From Candidatus Bathyarchaeota archaeon (GTDB lineage: Archaea; Thermoproteota; Bathyarchaeia; Bathyarchaeales; Bathycorpusculaceae), in the NCBI GenBank assembly GCA_963780185.1, contig CAWABA010000006.1, positions 96,001-160,000 on the forward strand: a DNA stretch of 64,000 bases, given 5' to 3'. A model generated the notes under the pieces. It was not told where the DNA came from, made no database searches, and worked only from the letters and a program-made list of their open reading frames with translations. The position numbers and the translations under genes are program-made. Below, piece after piece: positions 30,511 to 40,922 of this stretch. How positions within the stretch are numbered: position 1 is the first letter of the stretch; each line of letters starts with the position of its first letter.

Positions 30511-30734
30511 AAAGTAGCAACCTACAAAAATCTTCAAGCCCTAAAGCCTGCGCTGAGAAAGTCGCAGCGCCCATACGCGACAATAACTTCAACATAGTAT
30601 CAACATCGAAAGTCGCATTCCGCCCATAGCAAAGTCGCAATGTTCAAACAGTCCAAGCCTAAACCAAAAAAACAACCCAAAACACAAAGACCTAAAGCGG
30701 AAAGTCGCAACTTTCACCAAACCAAAAGTCTCAA
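30511..30734 (+). repeat. Cluster of six AAAGTCGCA-type direct repeats
   Basis: Exact copies at 30558, 30609, 30631 and 30701; one-mismatch copies at 30511 and 30725. Confidence 0.7.
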
Positions 30735-30863
30735 CTTAAATTTTTCAGGAAAAAACAAACCCAAAAAACCGGCAACGTTCGGTTTGCGCCTAGTTGTCAT
30801 TTGGGTGCAACCACAAATTCATATTAGCCACCTTAAGCTGCTAAGAAGTGTTTTTGCTTCAAG

Positions 30864-32181
30864 ATGGAAACTAAAATGAAGTTTCTCTCCAAACTCTCTT
30901 TCATAGGATGCATCATACTTTTGTGCGGAAGCTTTTCCCTTGCGTTTCCACAAACATTCCAAACTGCGCCAGCTTCAGCGCTGCATGTTTCTGGAAACCA
31001 GATACTTGACTCCAGCAACAAAGCCGTTGTTCTGCGTGGCATCGGGCGAACAGGCGACTTGCAGTCAGCATCGGGAATGTGGTCAACACAAGGCATGGCG
31101 GTGGCTGATTGGAGCCAAAAATGGAATCCTATAAGTGACAACATACCGCTGATGGATGCGACGTTTCGGTGTTACCAGCAGGTTTGGCATGTGAATATGG
31201 TTCGGATGCTGATTCCGGTGAACTGGTACTGGCAAAACAGCATTGTGCCCTCCATGCAGGACCCAACCTACTACCCCGACTTAACCACGCCCATCAGCTA
31301 CCAAACCTACATAGCTACCGTCGCGGCGCAAGCGGCAAAATACGGCATCTACGTAGACCTTTGCCCCTACGAGCTGGTCAGCAACTATCAGGACAGCAAC
31401 AGCGGCGGCGCACAAGGGCAACCGATGGGCAACTGGGATTCTCCCGCACAGAACTTCCTCGCCAGCACGGGGTTAACGGAGCCGCAGTTCTGGAGCCAAT
31501 TCTGGAGCTTGATGGCTAATAATTTGAAGGGCTACTCAAACGTGATTTTTGAAGCGTGGAATGAGCCGCAGAACTCGGGATATGACGCAGTTATCTTCAG
31601 GCTACATGAGTTACTTAACAACAATGTATGACGCAATTCGCACTGCGGGAGCGCAAAACCTGATTTTTATGCAGTGGGACGCAGGGTTGGTGCCGACATA
31701 CAACGACTTGAGCTGGGCTTCGCAGATAAGCAACGCATTACCCGACGCAGTGAACCTGGCTTTTACAACCCACGCTTACCGACATGGACCAAGCTTCAAC
31801 CTTGAATGGGGAACAAACGGCAGCGCAGTGGAGGAGCAGCTGCAAGTAGCCGTCCAAAGCATGGGCGTGACCGCGCCGTTGGTCATAAACGAGGCGGGCT
31901 CGTGCCTTTTTTCGGTGCCTTCCAGCGATCTTCAAGTCGAGTATAACTGGTGGAACGCACTAAACCAAGCTGCATCAACCTTAGGCATCGGCGTAACAGC
32001 TTACTATTGGATATCGGATTCTGACCTTGGACCAGCATACAGCGGCGAAACGCTTCTGACAGGGTCATGGGCTCTCGGAGCTGCATCACCGACACCGAAC
32101 ACCATGGGACAAATATTCCTAAACCATGCCCCATCAAACTCGCAAAAACTAAGCCAACCGTCTTTCTTGCGCGTTTTTTGA
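30864..32181 (+). CDS. Secreted glycoside hydrolase family 5 (cellulase-like); frameshifted
   Basis: LHVSGNQI, acid/base WNEP, HAY, nucleophile VINEAG; two overlapping frames. Confidence 0.85.
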
Positions 32182-32265
32182 GCAACATCCAGTTTTAAAT
32201 ATGCTTACTTGATTAACTTTCTGTTGAGCAGCTAAAGCCTTTTCACTAAAGAGATTTGGGAAGAT

Positions 32266-33543
32266 TTGATGGTGAAGCTTCACTTAAGCCATGACGTTCT
32301 AACTGTCCTGTTAAGTGTTGCAGTGCAGGTGCCCTTAGCGATTTTTCTTGGGCACGCCTACGACCAAACATCATTCATGGATGCAGGGTACCTTGTCAAT
32401 GCAGGGTTAAACCCGTATCAACCCCACTTAATCACTGTTTTTTCTCCACACATGGTTGGAATCAACCCGATCATCGGGGATCCGCCGCTGTGGCCTTTGC
32501 TTTTAGGCGCCATCTACAGGTTATCCTACAACATTGTACCGAACATTTTTCTTTACAACTTTGCAACAAAACTCCCAGTAATCGCCGCCAACATCGGCTT
32601 AGCCTACCTCACCAGGAACTTGCTGCGGCAGCAGGGTGCATCTGAACGAAAAATCAGGTTCGCATGGCTTTTTCTGCTGTTCAATCCTTTCGTTCTGCTA
32701 ACAACCGCTGCATGGGGACAATTCGACACTCTGATAGCTCTGCTATGTGTTGCTTCACTTTACCTCCTGAGCAAAGGCATGATTAAGGGAAGCGCGTTGC
32801 TGCTTTCTTTAAGCGTTGTTTTAAAACCCATTGCCCTTCCACTTCTCGGTTTACCCCTACTTTTTACAGCAAAAAAACAGAACTGGTCCAAAACGCTACA
32901 GTACCTATTGATTTCAGCCGCAGTGATCGTGACTTTGTGGATTCTGCCTTTCTTCCTTCTCGGATGGAGTATGCCTTCCTCAGGCAGTCAGTTGGCTTCG
33001 TATTTCACAAGAGCCGGCGGCATGACACCCTTCAACATAGTAGAAATCCTAAAGGACACGGTTACGATTCCGACGGGTCTGGAGCTTTTGGGTTACGTTT
33101 GGGTGCCTGCTTTACTGTTGGGCTATTACTTGGTTTACCGTGATCCACCGAAAACCTTCATTGAGCTCACCCAGAAAGCAATCGGTATAATGCTTATTTT
33201 TTTCCTCACTTACTCTTGGCTCTCAGAACCCTACATCAACGTTGTAATCCCGTTAGCCCTTTTAGCTTTGCCATTCACCAAAATCAACTTCCGCAACTTC
33301 CATTTTCTATGGGTCATCGCGCTGGTTTTTATGGTTCTCACCACAAATTTTGTTCAACTTTTCTACCTTGTCTCTCCCCAATCCCTCGTCTCATCCGCAG
33401 TTCAAATTGAACATAACATTAGAAGCTGGCGACTCATAGCGCGGTTTCTGATCGTTGTGGCGTGGCAGGTTTTCGCCTGGATGTTAGCCATCAAAATCCT
33501 TTTGATAAAGAAATTCAAGGCGCAGATTAGCGTTGTGGAATGA
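32266..33543 (+). CDS. GT-C fold membrane glycosyltransferase (GT87/PIG-M-like)
   Basis: DPPLW, LFNPF...AWGQFD motifs; multi-TM. Confidence 0.75.
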   Translation: MMVKLHLSHDVLTVLLSVAVQVPLAIFLGHAYDQTSFMDAGYLVNAGLNPYQPHLITVFSPHMVGINPIIGDPPLWPLLLGAIYRLSYNIVPNIFLYNFATKLPVIAANIGLAYLTRNLLRQQGASERKIRFAWLFLLFNPFVLLTTAAWGQFDTLIALLCVASLYLLSKGMIKGSALLLSLSVVLKPIALPLLGLPLLFTAKKQNWSKTLQYLLISAAVIVTLWILPFFLLGWSMPSSGSQLASYFTRAGGMTPFNIVEILKDTVTIPTGLELLGYVWVPALLLGYYLVYRDPPKTFIELTQKAIGIMLIFFLTYSWLSEPYINVVIPLALLALPFTKINFRNFHFLWVIALVFMVLTTNFVQLFYLVSPQSLVSSAVQIEHNIRSWRLIARFLIVVAWQVFAWMLAIKILLIKKFKAQISVVE

Positions 33544-33735
33544 TTATTTTTTGATTGCTTCAAAAGTTTTAGGTTTTCTCAGTATGGACCTGACAGGCTT
33601 GAGGCATTCAAGCATACCTATGGCCGCGGAAGATATGAGGGCTAACAGGTGGAAGGTTACGTAAGCGCCGAGTAGTTCCAAAACAAAATCTTTAACTCCG
33701 CCAGTTACCAATCTGTAAAATGAGTCAGCGACGGT

Positions 33736-34602
33736 TTGATTGACTTGTACAGCAATCAGAAATTGCGTTCGGCTATCGCAGAGGAACCCGTCACCGTTGA
33801 GCTTACCAACCGATTAACAACACGGCTGTACGAAGACACTTTTCCCCGCTGCATGGAAACCGCCTCGCTCCAAAAGGGTCTCGTTCTGACGCTTGACGGT
33901 GAAGAGTTGATAGAGGAGGGGCTTGGCTTTGGAGCTCCAGTCGTGAAGTACCGAGACAAAACCTACTTTTCCAGTTCAGCAGAAATCTCAATTGAAAGAA
34001 CCGCCTCAACCCGCAGGGTCAGCAAAACCTACGTTATGGATGCTGTTTCCAGAAAGAAGTTTTGGCGCGCGACCTACATCGACGACGGCGTCTATTCCTC
34101 GATAAGAAAAACCTTCGCGAAAGCGTATCTCTCCAAAAAGAACCTGTCGCCATACTTCAACGCAGTCATGGAGCTTCGACAGCTAGCGAAGATAAAAACT
34201 GAATTTCTAAAAGTGAAACCCAGAGGCACCGTTACCGTAACGTACGAGGTTAAGCCAACCCAAATTGAAGTCAGCGTTGACTTTTCTGATTTGTCTCTGT
34301 CAAGGTGTGATGAAATCTTGGTTCTAAATGAGCAAGGCTCGTCAGCTTTCCAAAAATACGTTGACGCAAACGGCTTGACACTTTTGGGGCGGGACATCGG
34401 CGCGTGGGATGCGGTGGCGGCGGACTGGGCGTCGTTGGTTAACGTCAAGGGGCAGCTTTCTTTTAGCCTGCGACGGATGCGGGGTGCGAAGCTGTTCAGG
34501 GGTTGGGAACGGACAAAGAACCGTTTTTCATGGGCAGGCTTGAGCTACTCGCTAAAACCCACCTGCGGGACACTGAATTACACGGTAGAACTGGGTTTTT
34601 AG
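33736..34602 (+). CDS. Hypothetical protein
   Basis: 288-aa ORF with host-like codon usage; EEGLGFGAPV and LNEQG segments. Confidence 0.7.
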   Translation: MIDLYSNQKLRSAIAEEPVTVELTNRLTTRLYEDTFPRCMETASLQKGLVLTLDGEELIEEGLGFGAPVVKYRDKTYFSSSAEISIERTASTRRVSKTYVMDAVSRKKFWRATYIDDGVYSSIRKTFAKAYLSKKNLSPYFNAVMELRQLAKIKTEFLKVKPRGTVTVTYEVKPTQIEVSVDFSDLSLSRCDEILVLNEQGSSAFQKYVDANGLTLLGRDIGAWDAVAADWASLVNVKGQLSFSLRRMRGAKLFRGWERTKNRFSWAGLSYSLKPTCGTLNYTVELGF

Positions 34603-34632
34603 GTGCCCGTTTGGCGATTTGGGTTTGGTGTT

Positions 34633-34929
34633 TTAAGGTTCGATCATTTCTTTTTCGGGTTCGGTGCCTTTTAGGCGTTGCCGCATCGTGTAGATGAAGG
34701 CGATGAACCAGAAGGCGACGCTTACCCAGCCCAGTACGAAGCCGACGATGTTGTTTAGCAGGTAATATGCGATTTGGAAGCCGACCAGCGAGACAAACGT
34801 CAAGAACGAGCCGGTGATGCTGTAGCCGCGCAGTGCGTTTCGGTTTTTGAGGACGGCGCGCAGCATTAGCAGTAGGGCTGTGAAGTTGATGATGCTGGCG
34901 ACGCTTAACGCTAAATCTGCAAGGTTCAT
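34633..34929 (-). CDS. Small three-TM membrane protein
   Basis: Hydrophobic ORF starting MNLADLAL. Confidence 0.6.
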   Translation of the reverse strand: MNLADLALSVASIINFTALLLMLRAVLKNRNALRGYSITGSFLTFVSLVGFQIAYYLLNNIVGFVLGWVSVAFWFIAFIYTMRQRLKGTEPEKEMIEP

Positions 34930-35054
34930 CGGCTCAATTTCCCATTGCCACAACAGCTTTGCCTAACTTAAGACTTACGCCGCCCAGCAAGCCCTGACGT
35001 GCAAAACACCTTAAATCAAGCGGCTCCCAATAGTTATGGCGGAAGAGAGGAAAC

Positions 35055-35198
35055 ATGAAAAAAATTATCTCGCAAGGTTGCGATGGATGTGCTCGAGAAG
35101 AGCCATGCATTAGAACTTATCGACGGGTTTCGTTCGGAGAACAAGTTTACTGCCCAGACGGAACGGTTCATCTCGTAGACGAATCAAGCCTCGCCTAA
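35055..35198 (+). CDS. Small Cys-rich protein (47 aa; not in the ORF track)
   Basis: GAGG RBS, ATG; MKKIISQGCDGCAREEPC...VYCPDGTVHLVD. Confidence 0.6.
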   Translation: MKKIISQGCDGCAREEPCIRTYRRVSFGEQVYCPDGTVHLVDESSLA

Positions 35199-35342
35199 GG
35201 GCAGGCGACGGGAACCTGCGGGTTTCTTTGTTGGCATTTGCGGTGAATTTTTGTTGTAAATATTAGGGTAGGCTTAGAGAAGATTATTAATTTGAAAACC
35301 CGTTGCCGTCTCGGTCTACCTAACAAGCGTTATTTGGCAATC

Positions 35343-36035
35343 CTAACGAAGAGGCTTCCCGCATCCCTTACAGAATGAAGCCTTTGCCCTGTTCTTTGCG
35401 CCGCAGGACCCGCAAGCCACCTCTGCAGCGGCACCAGCATCGGCGGTTTCATCCCCGAGTTTCTTGCCGCAGCTCTGGCAGTACACCGCGTCCGCGTCGT
35501 TGCAGAAGCCGCAGAAAACGCAGTCAGCCACCGCGGAGCCTTCGCCGTAAAGCGCGGTCCATTTGCCCGTAATCCAAAGCTTGTCCTTCAACGCGTCAAC
35601 CAGCGGAATCAAATCGATCAGCTGGTAAAACTGATCTTCGTCGGGAGCAAATTTCGATTCGCAGTCCCTGCTTAGAATCACGAATTTCGGCGTTTTTCCC
35701 AGAATCAACTTGATTTCTTCGATTTCCTCGTTGGTGTAGACGCAGCTTTTCTTGCTCAGCTTCAAAAGAGCGTCCAGAGACAGATCCTTTGCTTCCTCAT
35801 CAATCGACGGCTTACTTTTCGCCTTCTCCACATACGACCCTATGGGCGCAGGCACCCCGAACGCTGAAGGCATGTAAGAAAGCGTCTCTTCGGTCTCAGA
35901 TTCAAAACGTTCCGCCTTTCCCAAACAAACAATCGCAACACGCCTGTCAGTAAAATAAACATCATACCTAGTGTGAGCATCAACTGGCAAAACAACATCC
36001 TTAACGATTCCCAACAACCTTTCAGAGCTCGACAT
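35343..36035 (-). CDS. Protein with C-terminal double zinc ribbon
   Basis: Four C-terminal CxxC pairs. Confidence 0.8.
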   Translation of the reverse strand: MSSSERLLGIVKDVVLPVDAHTRYDVYFTDRRVAIVCLGKAERFESETEETLSYMPSAFGVPAPIGSYVEKAKSKPSIDEEAKDLSLDALLKLSKKSCVYTNEEIEEIKLILGKTPKFVILSRDCESKFAPDEDQFYQLIDLIPLVDALKDKLWITGKWTALYGEGSAVADCVFCGFCNDADAVYCQSCGKKLGDETADAGAAAEVACGSCGAKNRAKASFCKGCGKPLR

Positions 36036-36124
36036 GCATTGAGTCCCTCATCAAAAGGTTCTTGCTTTCGCTAATTCATAAGGTTTTTTATGGCTTTAGA
36101 CTCGCGGTTCTAATGGGGATAAAC

Positions 36125-36148
36125 TGGTGGATGGGTGGCTTTAAACCT
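36125..36148 (-). other. Degenerate tRNA 3'-end fragment (att-like scar)
   Basis: Minus strand AGGTTTAAAGCCACCCATCCACCA. Confidence 0.4.
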
Positions 36149-36220
36149 CTTTTACTTTTATCCTATTTTTGTTTTTGGCAGGAAAATTTTTTAGGGTAGG
36201 ATTACTCTTTTGTATCTGCA

Positions 36221-36469
36221 GTGAAAATCATGCAAACGTTAGATGTCAGCATAGTTAAAGTTACGCGAAGAGGACAGACGACGATTCCTTTAGAAATCAG
36301 GCAAAAGTGCGGAATCAAAGAAGGCGACAAACTCATAGTCGAACTCACAGAAAAAGGGGTACTGTTCAAGCCAATACGAAAATTGTCTGATATGGCAGGG
36401 ATCGATGCTGGGTACGCGACGGTTGAGGAAGTAAATAAGATGATTGATAAGCTCAGAGAAGAGTACTGA
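36221..36469 (+). CDS. AbrB/MazE-type antitoxin
   Basis: KVTRRGQTTIPLEIRQKCGIKEGDKL motif. Confidence 0.9.
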   Translation: MKIMQTLDVSIVKVTRRGQTTIPLEIRQKCGIKEGDKLIVELTEKGVLFKPIRKLSDMAGIDAGYATVEEVNKMIDKLREEY

Positions 36470-36470
36470 T

Positions 36471-36869
36471 TTGAAAGAAGTCTTAGACACCCGGGTTTTG
36501 AGAGAGCTCTTCTATTCCGATAAAGCTGAGACAAAAGAGAAAATAAGAAGAAAAATGCAAGCACTTGAAGCTAAATGCGAAGGAATACTGCCAACAATGG
36601 TGATAGCGGAAATCACCCAAATCACTTACACCACGCGCGGAAAAGACATGGCTGAAAGCCGTTATCAAGATTTGGTTCAAAGTGGTTTAGAAATACAAAA
36701 TCTTACTTCGATCATTGCGAAACAAGCAGGTTTTTTCAAGGGCAAATACAGAAATTTGCCCATGGCAGATTGCATAATCGCAGCCACAGCGCTGATGAAC
36801 CATGCAAAAATACTCTCCGACGACCCGCACTTCGACGCCATAGAGGAAATCAAACGTGTCTGGATCTAA
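36471..36869 (+). CDS. vapC: PIN-domain VapC toxin
   Basis: VLDT, ADCIIAATA and SDDPHF motifs; directly after the antitoxin. Confidence 0.9.
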   Translation: MKEVLDTRVLRELFYSDKAETKEKIRRKMQALEAKCEGILPTMVIAEITQITYTTRGKDMAESRYQDLVQSGLEIQNLTSIIAKQAGFFKGKYRNLPMADCIIAATALMNHAKILSDDPHFDAIEEIKRVWI

Positions 36870-36883
36870 CAATTAACAAAAAC

Positions 36884-36910
36884 TGGTGGACGAGCCGGGG
36901 TTCGAACCTG
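36884..36910 (-). other. tRNA-Ala-like 3'-end fragment (att-like scar)
   Basis: Minus strand GGTTCGAACCCCGGCTCGTCCACCA: T-loop, 3' acceptor strand and CCA. Confidence 0.7.
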
Positions 36911-36935
36911 CTGGGTCCTGCGCACTTTAGGTGTT

Positions 36936-37328
36936 TTACCAAGGTTCTATTTGTAAGTCTTTGATTCTCTTAAAGTGCGCTTGGTTTCGAGTCACAAGGG
37001 TCAAGCCGTTCTCAACAGATATTGCTGCTATCATAGCGTCCCTGAAATCTATTGTTTCCCCTTTGGCAGCCAGTTTCGCGGATATTTCAACTGCTTTCTT
37101 TGAGGATGCAAAGTCCAATGGAAAAACAGTTAGCCGCTCAATAAGTTTTGTGGCTTCTTTTAGGTTTTCTTGTTTTCTTTCTGACTTGTTTGCGCCGAAG
37201 AAGAGTTCAAAGGCATTCACCGCGGTGGTTGCGCCTCTGTCTTCTTCATCTAACTCGGCAATTTTTTTCTTAGCCTCTTCCTTGCCCCGCAGGATAGCGA
37301 CTAACAGGTCAGTGTCCAGACACTTCAA
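36936..37328 (-). CDS. vapC: PIN-domain VapC toxin
   Basis: CLDTD, DAMIAA and LVTRNQAHF motifs. Confidence 0.92.
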   Translation of the reverse strand: MKCLDTDLLVAILRGKEEAKKKIAELDEEDRGATTAVNAFELFFGANKSERKQENLKEATKLIERLTVFPLDFASSKKAVEISAKLAAKGETIDFRDAMIAAISVENGLTLVTRNQAHFKRIKDLQIEPW

Positions 37329-37548
37329 TGGAGATTCTCTCTTGAACTGTGCGCCATCCTTTAGCAAGCTCGGCGTTGATGGCTTTTTCTTCTTCGTCAG
37401 TCATTTTCCAAGTTCCGAAGCAATCCGCAATTTTGCCTGACTTTTTAGTTATGCGCAGAATAGTATCGGTGAAGCTCTCTTTGTCCATTTTTTCGCGGAG
37501 CAAAGCTTCGTACGCTTCGTCTTTTATCGAAATGGTCTTCGTTCCCAT
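37309..37548 (-). CDS. vapB: VapB antitoxin (RHH, DUF217-like)
   Basis: TKTISIKDEAYEAL...ESFTDTILRI; overlaps vapC. Confidence 0.88.
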   Translation of the reverse strand: MGTKTISIKDEAYEALLREKMDKESFTDTILRITKKSGKIADCFGTWKMTDEEEKAINAELAKGWRTVQERISIEVSGH

Positions 37549-37629
37549 GGATATGTATGTGTACACGTACACAGATAAATTTTACTGCATAGAATAATAT
37601 CGAGCAAGAACAAAGCATCTGAATGTTGT

Positions 37630-37707
37630 TGGTGGACAAGGGGGGATTTGAACCCCCAACCTCTACAATGCCAATGTAGCGTTCATACCAAGCTGAACTA
37701 CTTGCCC
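37630..37707 (-). tRNA. tRNA-Ala (GGC), intronless, CCA encoded
   Basis: Cloverleaf GGGCAAG/CTTGTCC with G3:U70, anticodon arm CTACA-TTGGCAT-TGTAG, GTTCAAATC T-loop. Confidence 0.97.
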
Positions 37708-37875
37708 ACTTTGCCTTGGCTTCTGAAATCTACCTCGCATCATTTAATAAGCGTTTCTTATGGACTTGCCTAAAAGAAGCAAAAACTTTCAGTAGGCATT
37801 TTGTTCAGGCGCAAATGTCGGCGTAGCTTTTTATAATCCATTCGCAAATAGAGAAGCCAAGCAAGGTGCCAAATT

Positions 37876-38928
37876 ATGCCCAAGGTTAAAGTTGCATTGA
37901 TCGGCGTTGGAAACTGCGCCTCAGCGTTCATCCAAGGAATTAATTATTACAAGAAATTCAGCAAGCCCGAAGACTTCGTTGGGTTACGCAACCCCACACT
38001 GGCGGGTTTAAGCACAAAAGACATCGAGGTTGTTGCGGCTTTTGATGTTGACGACCGTAAGGTTGGCAAAGACCTCTCAGAAGCCATTTTCGCCGCGCCC
38101 AATAACGCGCCAAAAGTTGCCGACGTGCCCTCTGCAGGTGTTAAGGTTAGCAGGGGTCCGTTGCTTGACGGTTTAGGGAAATTAAGTGAAGCCATCGTGC
38201 AAGTCAGCAAAGCACCTGATGCGGATGTTGTTAAGGTTCTCAAGGCGGCAGGCGCCGAAGTCATGGTTAATTTGCTTCCAAGCGGAGCCACAAAAGCCAC
38301 ACAGTGGTACGCTGAGCAAGCTTTGGCAGCAGGATGCGCTTTTGTGAATGCTACGCCAAACTTCATAGCCAGCGACCCAGCATGGGCGAAAAAGTTCAGC
38401 GACGCAAAAGTTCCGCTTGTCGGCGACGACTTGGTCGATCAGGTTGGCTCAACCGCGTTGCATAAGACGCTGCTTAAGCTGCTAAGCGACAGCGGCGTGA
38501 AAATCGCTGAGACTTATCAGCTTGACGTGGGCGGGGGAACCGAATCCGTGGATACCATGGATCGAAGCCGCGATGCAAAACGCAGCATAAAAACTGAATC
38601 CGTAGCAGCATCACTGCCGTACAAAGCTGAAGTCGTAGCTGGCTCAACTGACTACGTTGATTTTCTGCAAAACAAACGCGACAGCTACTTCTGGATAAGC
38701 GGCGTCTACTTCTGCAATGCCCCGATGAAAATCGACCTCAAATTCCAAACCGTTGACGCGCCAAACGCAGGCAGCGTGCTCTTCGACGTGGTGCGCGCGA
38801 TGAAGTTGGCGCTGAACAAGAAGCTTAAGGGTGCGGTTGAACCTGTTTGCGCTTACGCGTTTAAGCGTCCGCCGCAAGTTGTTTCTATGGAAGTTGCGGA
38901 AAAGGAATTTGCGAAATTCATCGCTTAA
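37876..38928 (+). CDS. ino1: Myo-inositol-1-phosphate synthase
   Basis: GVGNCAS, AAFDVD, GDD and YQLDVGG motifs. Confidence 0.9.
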   Translation: MPKVKVALIGVGNCASAFIQGINYYKKFSKPEDFVGLRNPTLAGLSTKDIEVVAAFDVDDRKVGKDLSEAIFAAPNNAPKVADVPSAGVKVSRGPLLDGLGKLSEAIVQVSKAPDADVVKVLKAAGAEVMVNLLPSGATKATQWYAEQALAAGCAFVNATPNFIASDPAWAKKFSDAKVPLVGDDLVDQVGSTALHKTLLKLLSDSGVKIAETYQLDVGGGTESVDTMDRSRDAKRSIKTESVAASLPYKAEVVAGSTDYVDFLQNKRDSYFWISGVYFCNAPMKIDLKFQTVDAPNAGSVLFDVVRAMKLALNKKLKGAVEPVCAYAFKRPPQVVSMEVAEKEFAKFIA

Positions 38929-39029
38929 CCTCCTTTTTGGGCGTCTATTTTTTCTTAACGTCTCTCCAATTTTCGTTTCACAAAAAGCGTTATAAGTGGA
39001 AAAAACCTTACACATTTTGAGTCTATTTC

Positions 39030-39719
39030 ATGCAAAAAACAGTCGTCGCAGTAGTCTTCATTATTGCTCTTATGTTTATTTCGATAAATGCAGCGGAGGC
39101 TCAGCCTTCGGTAGGCGTTAAGACGGGCAACTGGGTTGAATACTCCGTTAAAACTGCTGGTGCTGTTCCTGCCGCGCAAGATTTGACGTGGGCTAAAATC
39201 GAGATTGTGGATGTAGAAGGAGAGGCGTTTCATGCCAATTTCACCGTCAGATACGTTAATGGAACTGAGTCGAGTGCCCTTCGGTTCTTCAATTTCTCTG
39301 CAGGGAACGTTCAAGCTTGGATAATGATACCTGCAAATCTTGGACCGAGCCAAACCTTCTATGATTCATCCATCAACAACAACGTAACCATTCAAGGACA
39401 AATGCAGAAAACCGTTGCGGGAGCAACCAGAACAGTCACATGCACAAACAGCACTTTGGGCGGTGTTCAAAGAAACAAGGAATGGGACAAAGCCACGGGT
39501 TTCTATATTCAAAGCGCCGATAACTTGGGAACTTACACCGTTAATGCGCAGGCATATGCGACAAACATTTGGAGCCCACAAATTCTGGGTTTGAATCAGA
39601 CCGTGTTTTATTTGCTTGTTGCCGCCATTATCGTTGTTGTTGCGTTGTTAGCGTTGGTGCTGTTATTGATGCAAAAAAGAAAAAGAATAGTTGCAGAAGA
39701 AAAGCCGTTTAGGACTTAG
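39030..39719 (+). CDS. Secreted, membrane-anchored hypothetical protein
   Basis: Signal peptide, VGVKTGNWVEY, WDKATG, C-terminal TM helix. Confidence 0.75.
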   Translation: MQKTVVAVVFIIALMFISINAAEAQPSVGVKTGNWVEYSVKTAGAVPAAQDLTWAKIEIVDVEGEAFHANFTVRYVNGTESSALRFFNFSAGNVQAWIMIPANLGPSQTFYDSSINNNVTIQGQMQKTVAGATRTVTCTNSTLGGVQRNKEWDKATGFYIQSADNLGTYTVNAQAYATNIWSPQILGLNQTVFYLLVAAIIVVVALLALVLLLMQKRKRIVAEEKPFRT

Positions 39720-39721
39720 CG

Positions 39722-40828
39722 TTAAAGTTTTGCAAGTTCGGCTACTACTTTTTCTCTGAACCCGTTTTGTTTGAGCGTGTCTTTTAGGTAGTTTATGGTT
39801 TTGACAGGCGTCGGGTCTGCCCCACGTAGGACCGCGAGGTAAACGCTTGTGAGGTCGCCGACCAGAACCGTTGACAGCATCCGTGCCAAGCTGCTTTTGC
39901 CTTGCGCCTGAACCTCAAGGATTTCCACCTCCGCATGCTCCACAAGCTCCTTTGTAATTTCGATTCGGCTTTGAATCGGGGTCGGCTCGTCGGAGTCTCT
40001 TAGGAAGATGGCTGAGTAGCATTTGCCGAGGTCGCCTGCACGTTCCCAACCTACGATTTCGTTGTGGTTGAGTTCGCTGAAGACATCCGATTTTGCGGGA
40101 ACCTTGCTGTTCTCGTTGAACTGCTGCTTAAAACGCAGGGCAACACCGCGGTACATGCCAAAACCATACGTGACAGGGGAAGTTTTCCCGATGTTTAACG
40201 CTAAGGCTTTGCAGTAGTTTTCCACTGTGGGCTTTTGGGGCGCGTTTTCCTTGCTTATTTTTTCAATAAGCTGGATCGCTTCGGAGAGTTCTTTTGAGGC
40301 GCCTTCAACTAAGCCTGCCTTCTCCATGTAAATCAGAGGGGGAACGAACATGTAAGGAAGCGCGGCTCGGGGAGGCATACCGCCTGGAACCCGCAGGTAA
40401 GGCACGCCGAGTCTTTCCGCGTTTTCAAGCAGGGCGCCGCCGCTGCTGACGCAGAAAACCATGCATTTCCGCTTCATTGCGTCAAGAAACGCGCTGAGGG
40501 TTTCCTCGGTGTCGCCTGAGTAGCTTGATATGAAAACAAGGGTTTTTTTGCCCGCGTACTCTGGCAAGTCGTATTCTTTGTTGACTTCGATTGGTACGGC
40601 TGCTTGTTTTTTTGCCCAATCTTTAAGAAGCTCTCCTCCGATTCCTGAGCCGCCCATGCCTGCAACGATTACGTTTGCTGGTTTAGGATAGTTTACTTTG
40701 ATTTTGTCGGCTAAACCCGCGGTTTCTCGGTAAAGCTTCGCGGAGTTAAGGCAGAAGTTAATCATGTCGCTTCTATCAACCGATTTAATGCCTTCGGCAT
40801 TGTCTAAAACGGAACTTGCCATTTTCAT
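39722..40828 (-). CDS. Bifunctional phosphoglucose/phosphomannose isomerase
   Basis: GMGGSG, SYSGDTEET, PRAA, ENSK and ELNHNEI motifs. Confidence 0.93.
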   Translation of the reverse strand: MKMASSVLDNAEGIKSVDRSDMINFCLNSAKLYRETAGLADKIKVNYPKPANVIVAGMGGSGIGGELLKDWAKKQAAVPIEVNKEYDLPEYAGKKTLVFISSYSGDTEETLSAFLDAMKRKCMVFCVSSGGALLENAERLGVPYLRVPGGMPPRAALPYMFVPPLIYMEKAGLVEGASKELSEAIQLIEKISKENAPQKPTVENYCKALALNIGKTSPVTYGFGMYRGVALRFKQQFNENSKVPAKSDVFSELNHNEIVGWERAGDLGKCYSAIFLRDSDEPTPIQSRIEITKELVEHAEVEILEVQAQGKSSLARMLSTVLVGDLTSVYLAVLRGADPTPVKTINYLKDTLKQNGFREKVVAELAKL

Positions 40829-40922
40829 TGTCCTCCAGTAACCCGCAATTTTATATCTAAACCCCGCCTTTTAAGCTCAACGCAGACGCATATCGGTCAA
40901 GCGGACAGGAGATAAGAAAACC

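Noticed and set aside
30511-30734. CRISPR array
   Set aside because: Repeats are only 9-10 bp with irregular spacing, and there are no cas genes in the window.
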